Below are positions 39,439 through 52,582 of a stretch of 64,000 bases of DNA, one piece after another. Origin of the DNA: Rhizophagus irregularis (lineage: Eukaryota); the NCBI RefSeq assembly GCF_026210795.1, contig NC_089436.1:2480001-2544000 (forward strand), written 5' to 3'. Numbering within the stretch: the stretch's first letter is position 1; the number at the start of each line of letters is the position of its first letter. The position numbers and the translations under genes were made by a program. The notes beneath the pieces are model-generated. The model searched no databases. It had not been told where the DNA came from and saw only the letters and a program-made list of their open reading frames with translations.

Positions 39439-41922
39439 TTATATTTCCTTTTCTTTTCTTTTCCAATACTTTAATATTTTATTATTATTTTTGACATTAA
39501 AACGACTCCATATTTTTTTGTGATCTTTTTTTTTAGAATCTTGCGTAACGGGACTAATATCTTCATCAGGTAATTCCAGATCATCATTTAAATCCAAGGT
39601 TTTATCAGGCAGCAAACCAAGTGCACGATCGTTAAACATACGGCGAATGGAATTGTATAACCCTTCTAACATATCCAATAATTTCATAAGAGAAATACGT
39701 TCTTGTGGATTTTGCTTCCAGCCTATAGGTATAAAAAAAATAAATTTCAATATCAACATGCATAGCCGTTTATAATTATTAAAAAGTACTTACTGTCATT
39801 TATAATTTTTTTATACCCTTCTTGATAAATTTTAGGAGTTAAAGCTCCAAATATAATTCTCTCTCTTTCACCTTTCATAATATGATCCTTGATTTTCTCT
39901 GCTTTCCAACCTTTATACGGAATTTTTTCAAAAGTAAGTTCCCAAAGTAACATACCAAAACTAAAAATTTCGCACTGAATTGTGTATTGAGAATTGGACA
40001 ATGTTTCAGGAGCTAACCAAGGCAATATATCTCCTGCTGATTCTGAATCTATCGATAATGAGATATTATTCACATCATTAGTATAACATGCCAACTCAAA
40101 ATTATAAATTTTAGGTTCTAAACTTTCTGTCATTAAAATATTTTCGCATTTCAGATTACGATGTAAAATATCAGCACATTGTAAAAATATAAGACCACGA
40201 CAGATTTCAAGAGCGATCCGAACTTTATAATGAAATTGTATATCTTTTTGTTCATAAAGTTGTCTCAAAGATCCACGTTCAGCCCATTCAAAAACCATAA
40301 CACTATAATTTTCAACTGACGAAATACCATAAAATCTAAGAATATGTTTACATTCAGATAATTTCATTAAAATTTCTAAAATTTTCTGTGTTCTCGAATC
40401 ATTCAAAATAGGTTTACAAGCTACTTCTTGTCCTTTATAAACTTTCCTAATTATAAACCTGGTACTCTTGCCACGTTTGTCACTAGATTTTCCTTGTGCG
40501 GGACGTGTTAGGTCTTTTGAATTAATCTTATTTACATTATGTAGGGTTTTATACGAATGGTTCTTAGAAGATTTCGATTTCATCGAATAAATATTATTAT
40601 AAAATGAGTTATCATTATCTTCTTGAATATCAAATAAATCTGTTGATTGTGATTCTTTCTGAAAATTATAATTGTTGCTAAAGCCATTTTTAATTAATTG
40701 ATCAAGAATAGAAATAACTTGTCGAATATTTGGACGATCATCTGGTTCATCTTTCCAACAATCTATCAATAAATCAAATAAATTTATAAAATCAATTTTA
40801 CTGAATATTTATATCAAAAAACAAACTAACCCGTATATAAATTACTATATTCAACAGGAGTGTCTTTGATAATTTCTTCCCTTTTTCCGTTTGTTATTTC
40901 CAAACTTAACATTATATTATAATCAACATCATAGAACGGTTGATGTCCACTCGAAATTTGCCAGAAAAGTACTCCGATGCTATATACATCAGATTTCTTA
41001 GTTAGCTTATATTTTTCAATGATAAAACGTTTCGGATCTATATAGGGTATAACACCAAATATTTGTGATGAGTTACTAGTCTCTTTAGATGCTTCTTTAG
41101 ATAACCCAAAATCTGCCAGCTTAATAGTTTTCTGATGTATAAGTATATTATTTGCATGCTATTAAATAAAAAAGGTAACATAATTAGCTTCAATAAAATG
41201 ATCAATTTAAAAAAGTTTAAAAAGGTTAGAAAAGCAAAAATATACCAGATCACGATGAATAATATTGTTATCATGTAAAAATGCTATTGCATTTGCTAGC
41301 TGTGAAGCTAAATTAAGCTTATCACTCCAATCAAGTTCATTAAAATGTTTATCTAAATAATCATTTAACGTACCACTATCAGCATATTCCAATACTAAAC
41401 AATACTTGTTCATTTGATAAACTGCATCTATAAGATAAAATAAAAAATAAAATACTAATACATGAAATAAAAAGAAAATTATTTAATCAATACCGGTGTC
41501 TACTTTTGTAATCCCATAGAATCGTAAAATATTTTCATGAGAATTAATAAGCTTATGTAATTTTAACTAAAATCGAAGTAGTACAATTTAAAATTTATAG
41601 TAAATCTTATCGCCTATCATTATTAAAGCTCAATTATTACCTCTTTAACAACCTTTGATAGAGTTGTTTTATCATTATTAAAAGATTTCAAAGCGAAGAT
41701 TTTATCATTCCCATCATTCAAAGTAGCACGAACTACGGTAGCAAATGAACCCCTTCCTATCAATTGAATGTCCTTGAAGTTCGAATAATCATATATTTTG
41801 TTAGCCGATTCTAACCAAATGATTTCATTTTTCGTCTCTGCGCCAGTCGATAAATTTATTTCTGTGTTATCTGAAAATCTATTTAATTTTTTCTTCAATT
41901 TTATAGAGTTGAAAAAAGACAT
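39439..41922 (-). CDS. Tandem kinase K4: N-terminal kinase + C-terminal pseudokinase (exons 41922-41641, 41566-41494, 41427-41246, 41158-40831, 40762-39794, 39722-39439)
   Basis: Domain 1 has [23 protein letters not shown] and PYIDP. Domain 2 has no Gly loop, [15 protein letters not shown] instead of DFG, PWLAPE and [13 protein letters not shown]. Confidence 0.88.
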
Positions 41923-42656
41923 TTTTTTTTTTTTTTTGTAAGATTCCATATATGACCAGTATTTTAACCTGATAATTTCCCAATTTAGGAAATTCACATG
42001 TTAATTATATATATATAGATATATATAAGGCGCATGGAACTTTAACTTAAAAAATAAATTAACCGGTTGACAATACGAGAATTATCTTTTGATTTTGCCT
42101 CGTGATATCGTTACTTATAAATTAATAAAAATAAAGAAGTGTGAAATAAAAATTTTTTATTATGATTGAACAGAAATTCCTATTATTATATTTAAATAGT
42201 ATAATTATAAACAAATTTTATTATTATTATTATTCCAAAACTGTCAGTAAACAACCTAAAATGATTATCGTTTTCCCGCATTCTCAAAAGGGCAACTCTG
42301 TCTAATAACTATTTCATTGGAGACCAATGAAATAATATTTTTACATTATAGTTTTTATATTATTGAAGTGTGAGAAAGTTAACGCTTACATGATCCAAAC
42401 TTACTGTACATAGCGTCGCCCCGGAAAAAAATGGTATCCAGTAACACCAACAAATTTTCTACCCTCACGTGACCTAAAAATATTCATCACCGACATCACA
42501 CCCGCCTCGTTTTCATGTTTTATTTGAGGGACATTTTTTTTTTGCATCCCAAAATTATTTTTTTCACATCCCCTTAAATGTCGCTGGTCACGTGGTAGGT
42601 TAGAATTTATGATTTTTCGACATTTATTTTACAGGTTCGCATGTGACTTCAGACTA

Positions 42657-42863
42657 CTGAAAAAAATGTCACGAAATGGCCGGCATTACGCAACTTGACT
42701 GAAATTAAGTGTGGCGCACTTGTGACGGATAAGGTGTGACGAATAAGTTTTTACCTACTCGAAAAAAACAAAGTCCCTCAGATACTTATAGAAAATGGAA
42801 ACGCAGTGGGGTGTGACGGTTGTGACAAAAAAGTCACGTGATTTTTCGTGACATTTTTTTCAG
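42657..42863. mobile_element. Putative MITE with GTGAC subterminal repeats
   Basis: 20-bp inverted repeat CTGAAAAAAATGTCACGAAA / TTTCGTGACATTTTTTTCAG; outer ends unclear. Confidence 0.5.
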
Positions 42864-43363
42864 GTTACGCTGGGAAAGTCTTTCTCCTTTTACTACACCA
42901 CAAGGTCGATAAGGGGTGACATGTTTTTCAAAACTATGAATTTCTAGATGAGAAGAGTGTTGCCTTAAAAAAGCGTTAAAATAAACTTAAATAGCTCGCT
43001 CAAAAAATAAAAACTTGAGCCGGATAGGATAATTAGCTATAGTAAACACTGAAGCCGTATACTGTATAACTTTTTAATTTCCTTAAATGGTACAAATGTG
43101 TCTTATGATGAAGGAGAGAATGAAAGTTAAAGATGAATCTTTGTATTGAACTTTCATCTTATTCTTGATTTTATTCTAGAAAAGATGGATCGTCAAAGAA
43201 AATCATGAAATTTAAATTGCTCATCACATAATTACATCTATCTCAGAGGGCGATGGGCATTCACGGGTTTATCACGACAGGAACCAAAAAAAGGTAAAGT
43301 GTAATCCATTTTAATGCATTATATATAGACACAGATTATGACTTAAATATTATTTTTACATTA

Positions 43364-43866
43364 CAGTCAGTCCTTTCCATTGCGAATTATGATATAACGA
43401 ATTTTACGATATAACGAATCTTTAGTGTGGTACGCATTTAATCATATGAAAAAAAAAAATTTACACAAAATTTTACTAATAAAATGCAGTATAACGTTGA
43501 ACGAAGAAAAACTTATAAATTCACAGATGTAAGAAACCCTTTTATAACGAATTTCTTTTAAAACGAATTTTTTTTTAATGACTTTTGCAAGATAAATTTT
43601 AATATAAAGGGCAGTTTAATGTTGGTTTTCTCAAATAAGCAATTTTATCATTTTATTAAAAGATTGATGATTTATGTTTTGAAGTTTCCTTTGCCTTCAT
43701 GAGCATGACGTTCTACAAATGTTTTGATTTCCTCTATTTACTGCATTATACCAAATTTTTCCGCTATACCGAATAATTCGTTATTAGCATTAACGAATTT
43801 TCTCATAACGAAGGCCTGATCGGTCGGACGTCTACTTCCCTACTTCGTTATATCGAGGGCCGACTG
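43364..43866. mobile_element. Tc1/pogo-like MITE
   Basis: TA-CAGTC(A/G)G(T/C)CCT ends, TA TSD, repeated GATATAACGAA motif. Confidence 0.7.
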
Positions 43867-46808
43867 TATTACAACTTGGTGAATTTCAGTTGGAAAATTC
43901 TCAAAATCACAAAATAAACGTTCCAGATTCAGTGTCCGAAGTCACGTGTAACCTTGTAAATTTATCCATAATTTTTTCCGGGTTGTTAATTGTGCAATGA
44001 CACGACTCGTACCAAAATTTTGCAACACCATGTCTAAAGATTCTATTGTCATCACAGGTAGGGTCCCCTGCAAATTAATAGAAAGACAGTCTTGATGATA
44101 GGCTGTTCGTCTAGTTATATTTTGACGGTTTATTCATTTTTACAAACGTCGTGTAGTCTGTACTAAACTGAATATACCGTTATACTTGTGTTCCTAAGTA
44201 ATATAAAAAATTAATTTCATTTAAATAATAACTAGAGATGAATCAAGAATCAAGTTGGGCACGTTCATTAATATTTTTCAGTAAATATGTGATTTATAAT
44301 CAATTTCGTATTGTTCCTTAATTCCCATAACAGATATTATCAATATTATCAGAATCATATTTATTATATTTTTGGCTTAAAAGAAGTATTTATCAAATTA
44401 TTGTATAGCAAAACCAAATAAAAATTTTTAATATTCGTCCCCAATCTAACTAATAAAATGACGTAATATATCATATGATCTCTATGCTTCGAATCTTACC
44501 GTTACTTATTTTTTATTTTAATTATTTTTTTATTTTTAGAGACTGTGCAACGTTTTTTTTGCATTCTATGAAAGTTTATTCTTTTCAAACTCTTGCAAAA
44601 ATATCCTCCCATTTTGTATTTCGTTGCTTTTCCAGATGTATCATTTTTTCCAAGGTTCTGAAAAAATATAAAAATAATCTTTATGATGTCTATATAAATT
44701 TTTAAAATAAAAATAATTACAATTCCGTAAGATTTTAAAGGATTTTACGTTATTATTTTCAATTTATTCAATTTATTCAGTATTATAACGAATTATAAAT
44801 AATAAAGATTTATTTAAATAAAAAATATTTTTTTTTCTTTCCTTATTAAACATTTTGTATTATAAATACGCTCATTGAATATGTAATTTAATTTAAAAAG
44901 AATATAACATAAAAATAGTAAATTTAATATAATTATTAACATATATTCATTGTAATCTTCAAATTCTTTTTTCCAATTTCTATAACACAATCAACATTTT
45001 AAATATTCTATATTTTGCTAAAATATCACATTTAGTGAATTTGAAAAATTTTGATTTCTCTTGTTCTTTTTTGTTATACCCTTTTAACTTTTTCCGATTT
45101 CCCTCAAGATGGAATGAAATTTTACTTTCCATCTCTTCTTATAAAATATTTTTTAATAGAAAGATGTTTCTTGATGGCAAACTGTGTTTTCGTGTAAAGA
45201 CTTGTCTAAATTATAAAAAAAAAAATAAATCATGACTATTATTAGAAGTTAATCTAAACTAAATTATTATTTCACTCTTTTAATATGCAATTCAACGATG
45301 TTATAATGGTATTATTTAATCTTCAACAAATCAAAATTTCTTTATTTTTTACCTACCCAATATTGCTTTTAATTCTTTATTACCATTTCGCAAATATAGA
45401 ATTCGTCTGTAATCGTTGACATAATCATTTGGTAAAGGCTACAAATTTCTAATAATCGATGATACTATCATATCACGGTAATACAATTATGTATTCATTA
45501 TATTATTTACTTTATTTTTATTCCGAAGAAACTCAGTCACGTGATCATTTTCTGAAAAATTTTTTATAATAAGAAAGGTTCGAATCCAGCAATCACTACT
45601 GCGTAATTGGAGTAGAGGAGTTAATGCTTTACAGAAAAGAAAAAATTACCTCCATGTATTCATCTGAATGAACATAAAATTAATCACCTTCTAAAAAAAA
45701 GAGGACTTTGGAAGGGTGCCTCTATCAAATTACGCAATTATAGTTACAACTATTCTTCGAATGAGTCTAAAAAAACGAGGATAACTTAAGGTATACAGTA
45801 GATCAAATTTTTAAGTATTCCATGTTAATGGTCCGGCCCAGAACATCAGGACCACGACCACGATTCAGTCCTAGGACCAATTTTGGACTGGACCAATATA
45901 GGATAGACCAATACCATCGTATAATTTATTTGTACTGCTACCTATTTAAGATGCCAACTAAAAGGGTTCAAAAAGAGCATATGAACGCCCATCTTTAAAA
46001 AAGAAAATCATATGAATCAAATGTTCGATCTAATTTTCAAATTGCGTTACATATTCTGATTTTGTACATTATCTGAATTAGAAATTTTTTATATATATCT
46101 TTCTTCACTTCCTAAAAAATTAAAATAGAAGTTTAAGTATACAACCGTATATCGAAAGTTTGAGAAAATTTGTAAAGTTAATAATCGCGTTTATTGAGAA
46201 TACATAATACAGATCATTTTATCATATGTATAAATAGATAATGCGCATTTTATTTTTTTTTTCTTAATTGTTGCATATACAAAAAATTTTATTTTATCCC
46301 TTAAAACGGTAAAAACATTGCAGGCAAATTTGCCTGCAATTTTACCGAACATTCAGTTCTCATCTAATTTTATGAAAAATGAAGTTATTCTAATAAATTT
46401 TTTTTTTGCAAAGAGCTTAAATCATAATTTATATGATAATAATCATTATTTATTAATTATTTATTATAAGATTGAAGATTATCTATTGGTTAAAAGTTGT
46501 ATTTTAGATGACAAAAAATTTTGAAAAATTTTGCATTCAACTTTGATGATCTCATTGGGATTTGATTGTGGCTACATTAAAGCTTAATGTTTATTATTAT
46601 GTATTTTAATGTTTAGAAGTAGCATTTTGACTTTACATAGAACCCTAAAAAATGAATTATTTTTATGAACTTGTAAAAAATGCATAAAGTTAAATTTTAT
46701 CATCTCTATTTTATTCATTAGAGTGTGAAGTTTCATAATAAAAATAAAAAAATATATTAAAATGCTTTGTAATAAAGCAGAATATTATGGTAAAGAAAAT
46801 TAATTTAT

Positions 46809-48704
46809 ATATTTTTTTTTTTTTTTTAACAAAGGAAAAATTTATTATAAAAGAAAAATATACAAAATTGAACTAATCTAGTTTAAATACAAGATCGAAT
46901 AAAAACTAATAAAAAACTTGGTGACTTAAGAATATGTGTTCAAAAGAACTATCTACCATCATGCCTGCCCAAATACTTTCACATGCATAAAACATCCTAC
47001 CAGTATTCATACATCCTTTGGTGACTAGCTCAAAGATATTTCTCTATAAAAAAAAAATAAAACTATAACATAAAACAATTCTAAAACCTAAAAAAATCTA
47101 GTATATCCTAAATTAATTTACGTAAAACATCTAAAATTTCCACTAAGACCTTAGATCGTGATGTTTTATGGGACTTATCTTTTTTCTGCTTTTTATGCTT
47201 CTCAGATTTTGTCTCTTGTGGTTTCTTTTTAGAATTCTTAGAATTCTTTTGACTTTTATCAGTCTGTCGACTTCCTGAAGTTCTTTTCTGATCCTTGTTG
47301 GCATTATTGCCAAATGACCTTGTTCATTGCATTGGAGGATCATGTTGATTCCAAGACAGGTGCTGTTGCTCCCAATCATATTGATTATCTAATGCTGTAC
47401 GCATATCAACCCACTTTTCAAAATAACCAATAAGCTTACGATCCCCTTTTGCTGTTTGTACAATTTTAAAGCTTTTCAAACCATTAATCGCAGTAAGGAA
47501 TGAATGTGGGCGATGGTCTTTCCAAGGTTGCTACTGTCATCGAATCTGGAATTTTTTGAATTGTAGCTTGAAGCTTCTCACGTTGTTTTCCTTCTTTGAG
47601 TGTCCATCTTGCTGAAAACCACTGAACCGGTATCCCCCTAAATCTGTAGTCCAAACCGGACCATCATTACCTTCAAACTGGGCTAGACGAAAGGAAGTTA
47701 ATTCTATCTTCAAACGAACTGTCTGGTATTTCTTTTGTTGTTTTGTTTGTAACGAGATAGTCTTTCCCACAGAGTTTACTGTTGCAGAATTTCTTCTGGT
47801 GTCAAGGATACTGGAACATCATAAACCAATATATTTCTAATCCGTGATGTACCATCATCATCTGGTTTATGACCTGTAATAACTTGTTGAATAATATTTT
47901 TATTTGACTTCTTTTTTTTATTCGAAGATTTTGTCAAATTGTCAACTGGTTGTTTTACAAGCTGCGGCTGAGGCATTACATCCAGTTCAGAAATAGGTTG
48001 TACTGTTGAGATGTCCATATCAATATGTTGATCAACATGTGATTGTGATCCAGAGGCATCCGCAATCGACCGATTTATAATTACATCTTGATCAACACCC
48101 AATTGATCATCATCATCATCAGTATTTCTCATTATTCCACTAGTACTTACATCTGTAAGCACATCAGAATCAGAATCTTCAGATTGGTGTTTTTTCTTCT
48201 TATTTTTTTTAGCCTTCTTGCCCTTTTTAGACTTTTCCTCATACTTTCTCACTAAACATAACATTTGCTTTCTTCCTTCACTGCGCTCTTTTATTCCAGA
48301 GTATACTGCGTTAAAACCCTGAGAAGCAGAGTACATAGCAACATGTAAAAAAAAAGAAAAACTTTGAGGTGTCATTTTATAGCGAGTGGCTCTATTCTCC
48401 CAACTGAGTATTTCTTCATTTGATAGACCAAAATTTGCTTTTAAAATATTATTTTGAACTTCTACTTGAGGTCCAAAAAAAAATGAAGTAAAAAGACTTT
48501 CACAATATTGAAAATAATGTGTATATGTAAAATGTAAAAATCTATGTTCTTCACCAGTTCCATAAGGAAACCTATTTTCGGCTATTTGTATATTTCTACT
48601 ATCTTCCATATTAATAAAAACGAGAGTAAAAAAAAAAAAATTTTTTATTTTTTACTGCGGAATTATTATGTTTTTAAGAAATTGAGGAAGAAGTTTTTTT
48701 TTTT
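46809..48704 (-). mobile_element. Non-autonomous non-LTR retroelement carrying only an ORF1-like gene
   Basis: 19-bp TSD GTAAAGAAAATTAATTTAT (46790-46808, 48705-48723); poly(A) tail (plus-strand T run ~46812-46827); no RT/endonuclease motifs. Confidence 0.8.
47108..48609 (-). pseudogene. LINE ORF1-like protein, interrupted by a stop (47776) and frameshift(s)
   Basis: RNILVYDVP..EILQQ*TLW.KTISLQTKQQKKYQTVRLKIEL, WTTDLGG and KSFKIVQTAKGDRKLIGYFEKW, then a Lys-rich tail; lies inside a TSD/poly(A)-bounded unit. Confidence 0.7.
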
Positions 48705-49273
48705 GTAAAGAAAATTAATTTATTATAGATGTTATTTTTTCGAGGTTAATATGTATGATCATCCATCCACATATGATCAACATAGCTGCGGAATTATAGG
48801 ATAATCTTATTGAGAAATGAAGGATCTACAGTACATCAAAAAAAAATTTTCTTTTGTCGATTCCACTCAAATATCGTACTTCAAAACCGACTCTTTGGTT
48901 GCACAATTTTAATATTTTTTTTTTTATTTTAATAAAATAAAATAAAGATATAAAAAGGCCAAAAAAAGTTACGACAAGTTTATAACATCCAATATGATCC
49001 TTTCTTAAAGAATTGAAGGAAAATTACACCTGTCGAAAAAACAATATTTTTTCCTTTACAAATTTCCTTTGATAAAAAGAAGTCTTATATGAAATACTTT
49101 TCTACATTATAATCCCAGTTTACAATTACTTACCAAGTACCTTCCATTTCTAATTTTATTTATTTATTTTCGAATAGAGAGAAAAGTACCTTTCCCTTTT
49201 CGATCTATTTAAAAACATTGTTGCGACAAAAAGTCTTAACAAGATTTTCATAATAGATTTTGCACGAATCAAT

Positions 49274-49489
49274 ATGAACCCAATGTATTATCTTTCATCT
49301 TCCACTATTAATACTATGACTTACGTATCACAAGATAATGTTATTGCTGAATACTCGTTTTTTTATAAAGCATGGAACGATCATCAAATTTATCATATTA
49401 CCTGCGAAGAAATCTCATTTGATATATATCGTTTCACTTCTTTTAAGCAATCACGTCTACTCGGCTCAAAATTACGTTCAATCAAGTAA
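49274..49489 (+). CDS. Short hypothetical protein or gene fragment
   Basis: ATG-initiated ORF with FFYKAWNDHQIYHITCEEISFD, which resembles a motif recalled from Glomeromycotina hypothetical proteins; not verified. Confidence 0.35.
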   Translation: MNPMYYLSSSTINTMTYVSQDNVIAEYSFFYKAWNDHQIYHITCEEISFDIYRFTSFKQSRLLGSKLRSIK

Positions 49490-50120
49490 TTTACATGTAT
49501 TTTTTTTACCAGTAACCTGATGATAAAAAAATTTATCAGATTATTTGTGAATTAGTTTCGTACAAATTCATTATTGATTTGTTGAATAAAATTAAATATG
49601 GGATTAAAATTAATGATCTACGACAAAAAGAATTTGAATTTCTCGGGAGAATGTAAAGAAAATTTGGAATTTTACTTGAAACAGGATTTGATTGATTGTT
49701 TGGCATCAAACAGAATTAACGAGCAATTTAATATGAATGTTAATGGTAGTTACTATACCTTAGAATAATATTTTTAAATAACTTTTTTAGGTTTCATAAA
49801 TTATTTATTTGAGATATTCTTATTTCATAATATATTATAAATTATATACTAGTATACGTGTTTATTTTTCATGTATTCATATTTTATATTGGTCTTTAAC
49901 ATTTTTTAAATAAATTTATTTTACTTCAATACAACCTTATTCATTATTTAATAGAAGACAGATTGCAAAATGTATCTAGCATACTTAGGGAGGGATATAA
50001 CTATAAAGTTCAAGTCCTGGACTTTAGGACTAAGTCTTCTTTAGCGTATCATTGGTATAAGCTAAAAGATATCTGATAAAAATGGTTATCCGGATAGATT
50101 ATTTTTTAGTTGATGGGTAT

Positions 50121-51881
50121 TAGGGTGTCCAGGATTTGACGATCACGATTTTATAACGATTTTGGCCAAAATTTTGCGATTTTTGCGATACCACGATTTT
50201 GGCCAAAATTTTGCGATTTTCGCGATACTCAAATATGATTGGCTATTTAGACACTATAAGTCACGTGAAATCGTGAATGTATCGCCGATAATAATCATTG
50301 ATAATCTCTTTTTTTTCGCTTAGTCATTTTTAATAAAATGGTCGCGCCTCACATACGTTTGTCTCAAAGTGCCGAGTATCGTGAAAACTATATCGTACAA
50401 GAAAACAAACTATGGTGTCGATTTTGCAATGTAGAAATTGATCATGAAAGAAAGAACTCTGTAGATAAACATATTAAAACATTAAAACACCTTAATAATA
50501 AAAACAAGAATAATTCTAATTTGTTAATCCAAAGAACTTTACCTTCTTTTGAAAATACACTAAATGAACGAGAAAAAATTAATAAAGAGATAGTACAAGC
50601 ATTTACTTATGCAGACATTCCTTTGGAAAAAATTGAGAAATTAAAACCATTTTTATTAAATCATTGTAAAAATGGTATGTATTTTCTGATATTTCAATTT
50701 CAAATTTGCCTTTTTTATTTTTATTTATTAATATATTTTTGTTTATAGTGGGCTTAATTACTGGAGCAAATCAACTTCGTGAGAAATATCTTCCATTATC
50801 ATATGAAATAGCGCTCCAAAAATTGAAAAATGATGTCATCAATAAAATTATTTGTTTGACAATTGATGAAACAACAGATCGTTGTGGCTGGCATGCCGTT
50901 AATATATTATTTAGTTTTGATAATAAGACTAAATTAGCTAAAACAGAATTTTTGTCTAATGTTAACGCTTCATCTATTTCACAATTTGTTATGAATACAA
51001 TTCATTTTTATAATATTTCTTATGAAAATATTATTTTTTTTATTTCTGATAACGCTTCATACATGAAATTGGCGTATTCAAATTTATCTCCCTTTTTACC
51101 AAATTTAAAACACAATTGTTGCTTAGCGCATATCCTTAATTTAATTGGTGAAGCATGGGTGAACTTTCAAAAGTTTGAATTGGTTGACAAATTAATTATG
51201 AATTTTAAATCGATATTTACTTATAATTCACAAAGAAAAATTCGATGGAAGGAGCATTTATTACAAAATGGTATTGAATCACCTACTTTAGCACCCCTAC
51301 CAGTAAAAACAAGGTGGAATTCATGGTTTTTATTTTTATGTTGGATTAAACCTTTATATTCTCATTTAATAACTTTTGTTACTGCAGAATATTCTATTAA
51401 TCATGATTCAAAAGCTGTTTGAGATCTTTACACATTTTGTCAAAACAGAAGCCATGTTTTTTGTGTTAAAATATTTATATATTTTATTACATATAATAGC
51501 AAAAGGTAAGTGAATTTAATGGATTTAATAATTTTATAATAATATTACTAATATAATACTTTATTTATTTAGATTAATCAATGATTTGGAATTCTTTAAA
51601 ATAAGAAACAAGGCTATAGCTCCATTTGTTTATTCACGAATAGTATCTCTTCAAGCTTTTTTATCATCAGGAACCAGGAATCCTCCAATTTCAAATGAAA
51701 TATTCCAATTATTAAATGAAGAAAATCAAGATATTGCATCTTTTGTTTCATTATTTTCTAGAGCTTTTATATTGGCAAATGAAAAATGTGAGAAACATAT
51801 ATCTCATCATCCAGCTTTATTATTTTTCAAAGCAATACAATGTTTTGATCCAAGATTTATTCAATCTAATTCATCTAATCA
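50121..51881 (+). mobile_element. hAT DNA transposon, left end plus truncated transposase
   Basis: TIR TAGGGTGTCCAGGAT and CGATTTT(T)GGCCAAAATTTTGCGA subterminal repeats, followed by the transposase gene; right part missing. Confidence 0.8.
50338..51881 (+). pseudogene. hAT transposase (CGGBP1-like zinc finger + DDE core), exons 50338-50674, 50749-51505, 51573-51881
   Basis: WCRFC...KHIKTLKH zinc finger, IDETTD, ISDNASYM, CLAHILNL and TRWNSW; in-frame TGA at 51420-51422; C-terminal catalytic Glu/dimerisation region absent. Confidence 0.85.
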
Positions 51882-52580
51882 TACTTTACAGAAACCTTGA
51901 AAATTTGAGCGATGTTGAATTGATATGGATACGATATAAATTTCATGTCATAATGGTATCAATTTCCGTGATGATATTGTTATAATGTTGATTCGATATC
52001 GTTACTTCATCACCATAATTTATCGCGAAAATATCGTGGCGATATCTATTTAAAAGAATATCAAATCGGCACAGTCTTGATATCATTACGATGTCAGTAA
52101 TTTCAAAAAAAAAAGATGTAGTATTTTCGATATTGATTTGATATCGTCACTTCATCACCATAATTTATCGCGAAAATATCGGGACAACATTTATTTAAAA
52201 GAATATCTGATCAGTATAGTCTTGATATCGTTACGATATTGTTAATTTCAGGGAGAAAAAAGATGTATTTACGATATTGATATGATATCGTCACATTATC
52301 ACCATAATTTATCGCGAAAATATCGTGACGATATCTATTCAAAAGAATATCAAATCGGCACAGTCTTGATATCATTACGATGTCAGTAATTTCAAAAAAA
52401 AAAGATGTAGTATTTGCGATATTGATTTGATATCGTCACTTCATCCCCCAATTTATCGCCGAGATATCATGACAATATCTATTCAAAAATATCTAATCGG
52501 CACAGTCTTGATATCATTACGATGTCGGTAATTTCAAATAAAAAAAAAAGTATTTACGATATTGATTTGATATTGTCACT
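51882..52580 (+). mobile_element. Putative CACTA-like element end with subterminal repeat array
   Basis: TACTTTACAGAAAC interrupts the transposase and matches CACTTTACAGAAAC at 63828; both are followed by GATATC-rich repeats. Confidence 0.5.
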
Positions 52581-52582
52581 TC
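51995..52582. repeat. Four tandem ~145-bp GATATC-rich units (starts 51995, 52140, 52284, 52429)
   Basis: Repeated GATATCGT(T/C)AC(T/A)T(C/T)ATC..CA(T)AATTTATCGC..(A)ATATC and CAGTCTTGATATC(A/G)TTACGAT. Confidence 0.9.

Noticed and set aside
44480..45500. Coding-like minus-strand fragments with intron-like gaps
   Set aside because: Too degraded to assign a product or boundaries by eye
51995..52582. GATATC-rich array as CRISPR
   Set aside because: The whole ~145-bp unit is repeated, with no repeat-spacer alternation
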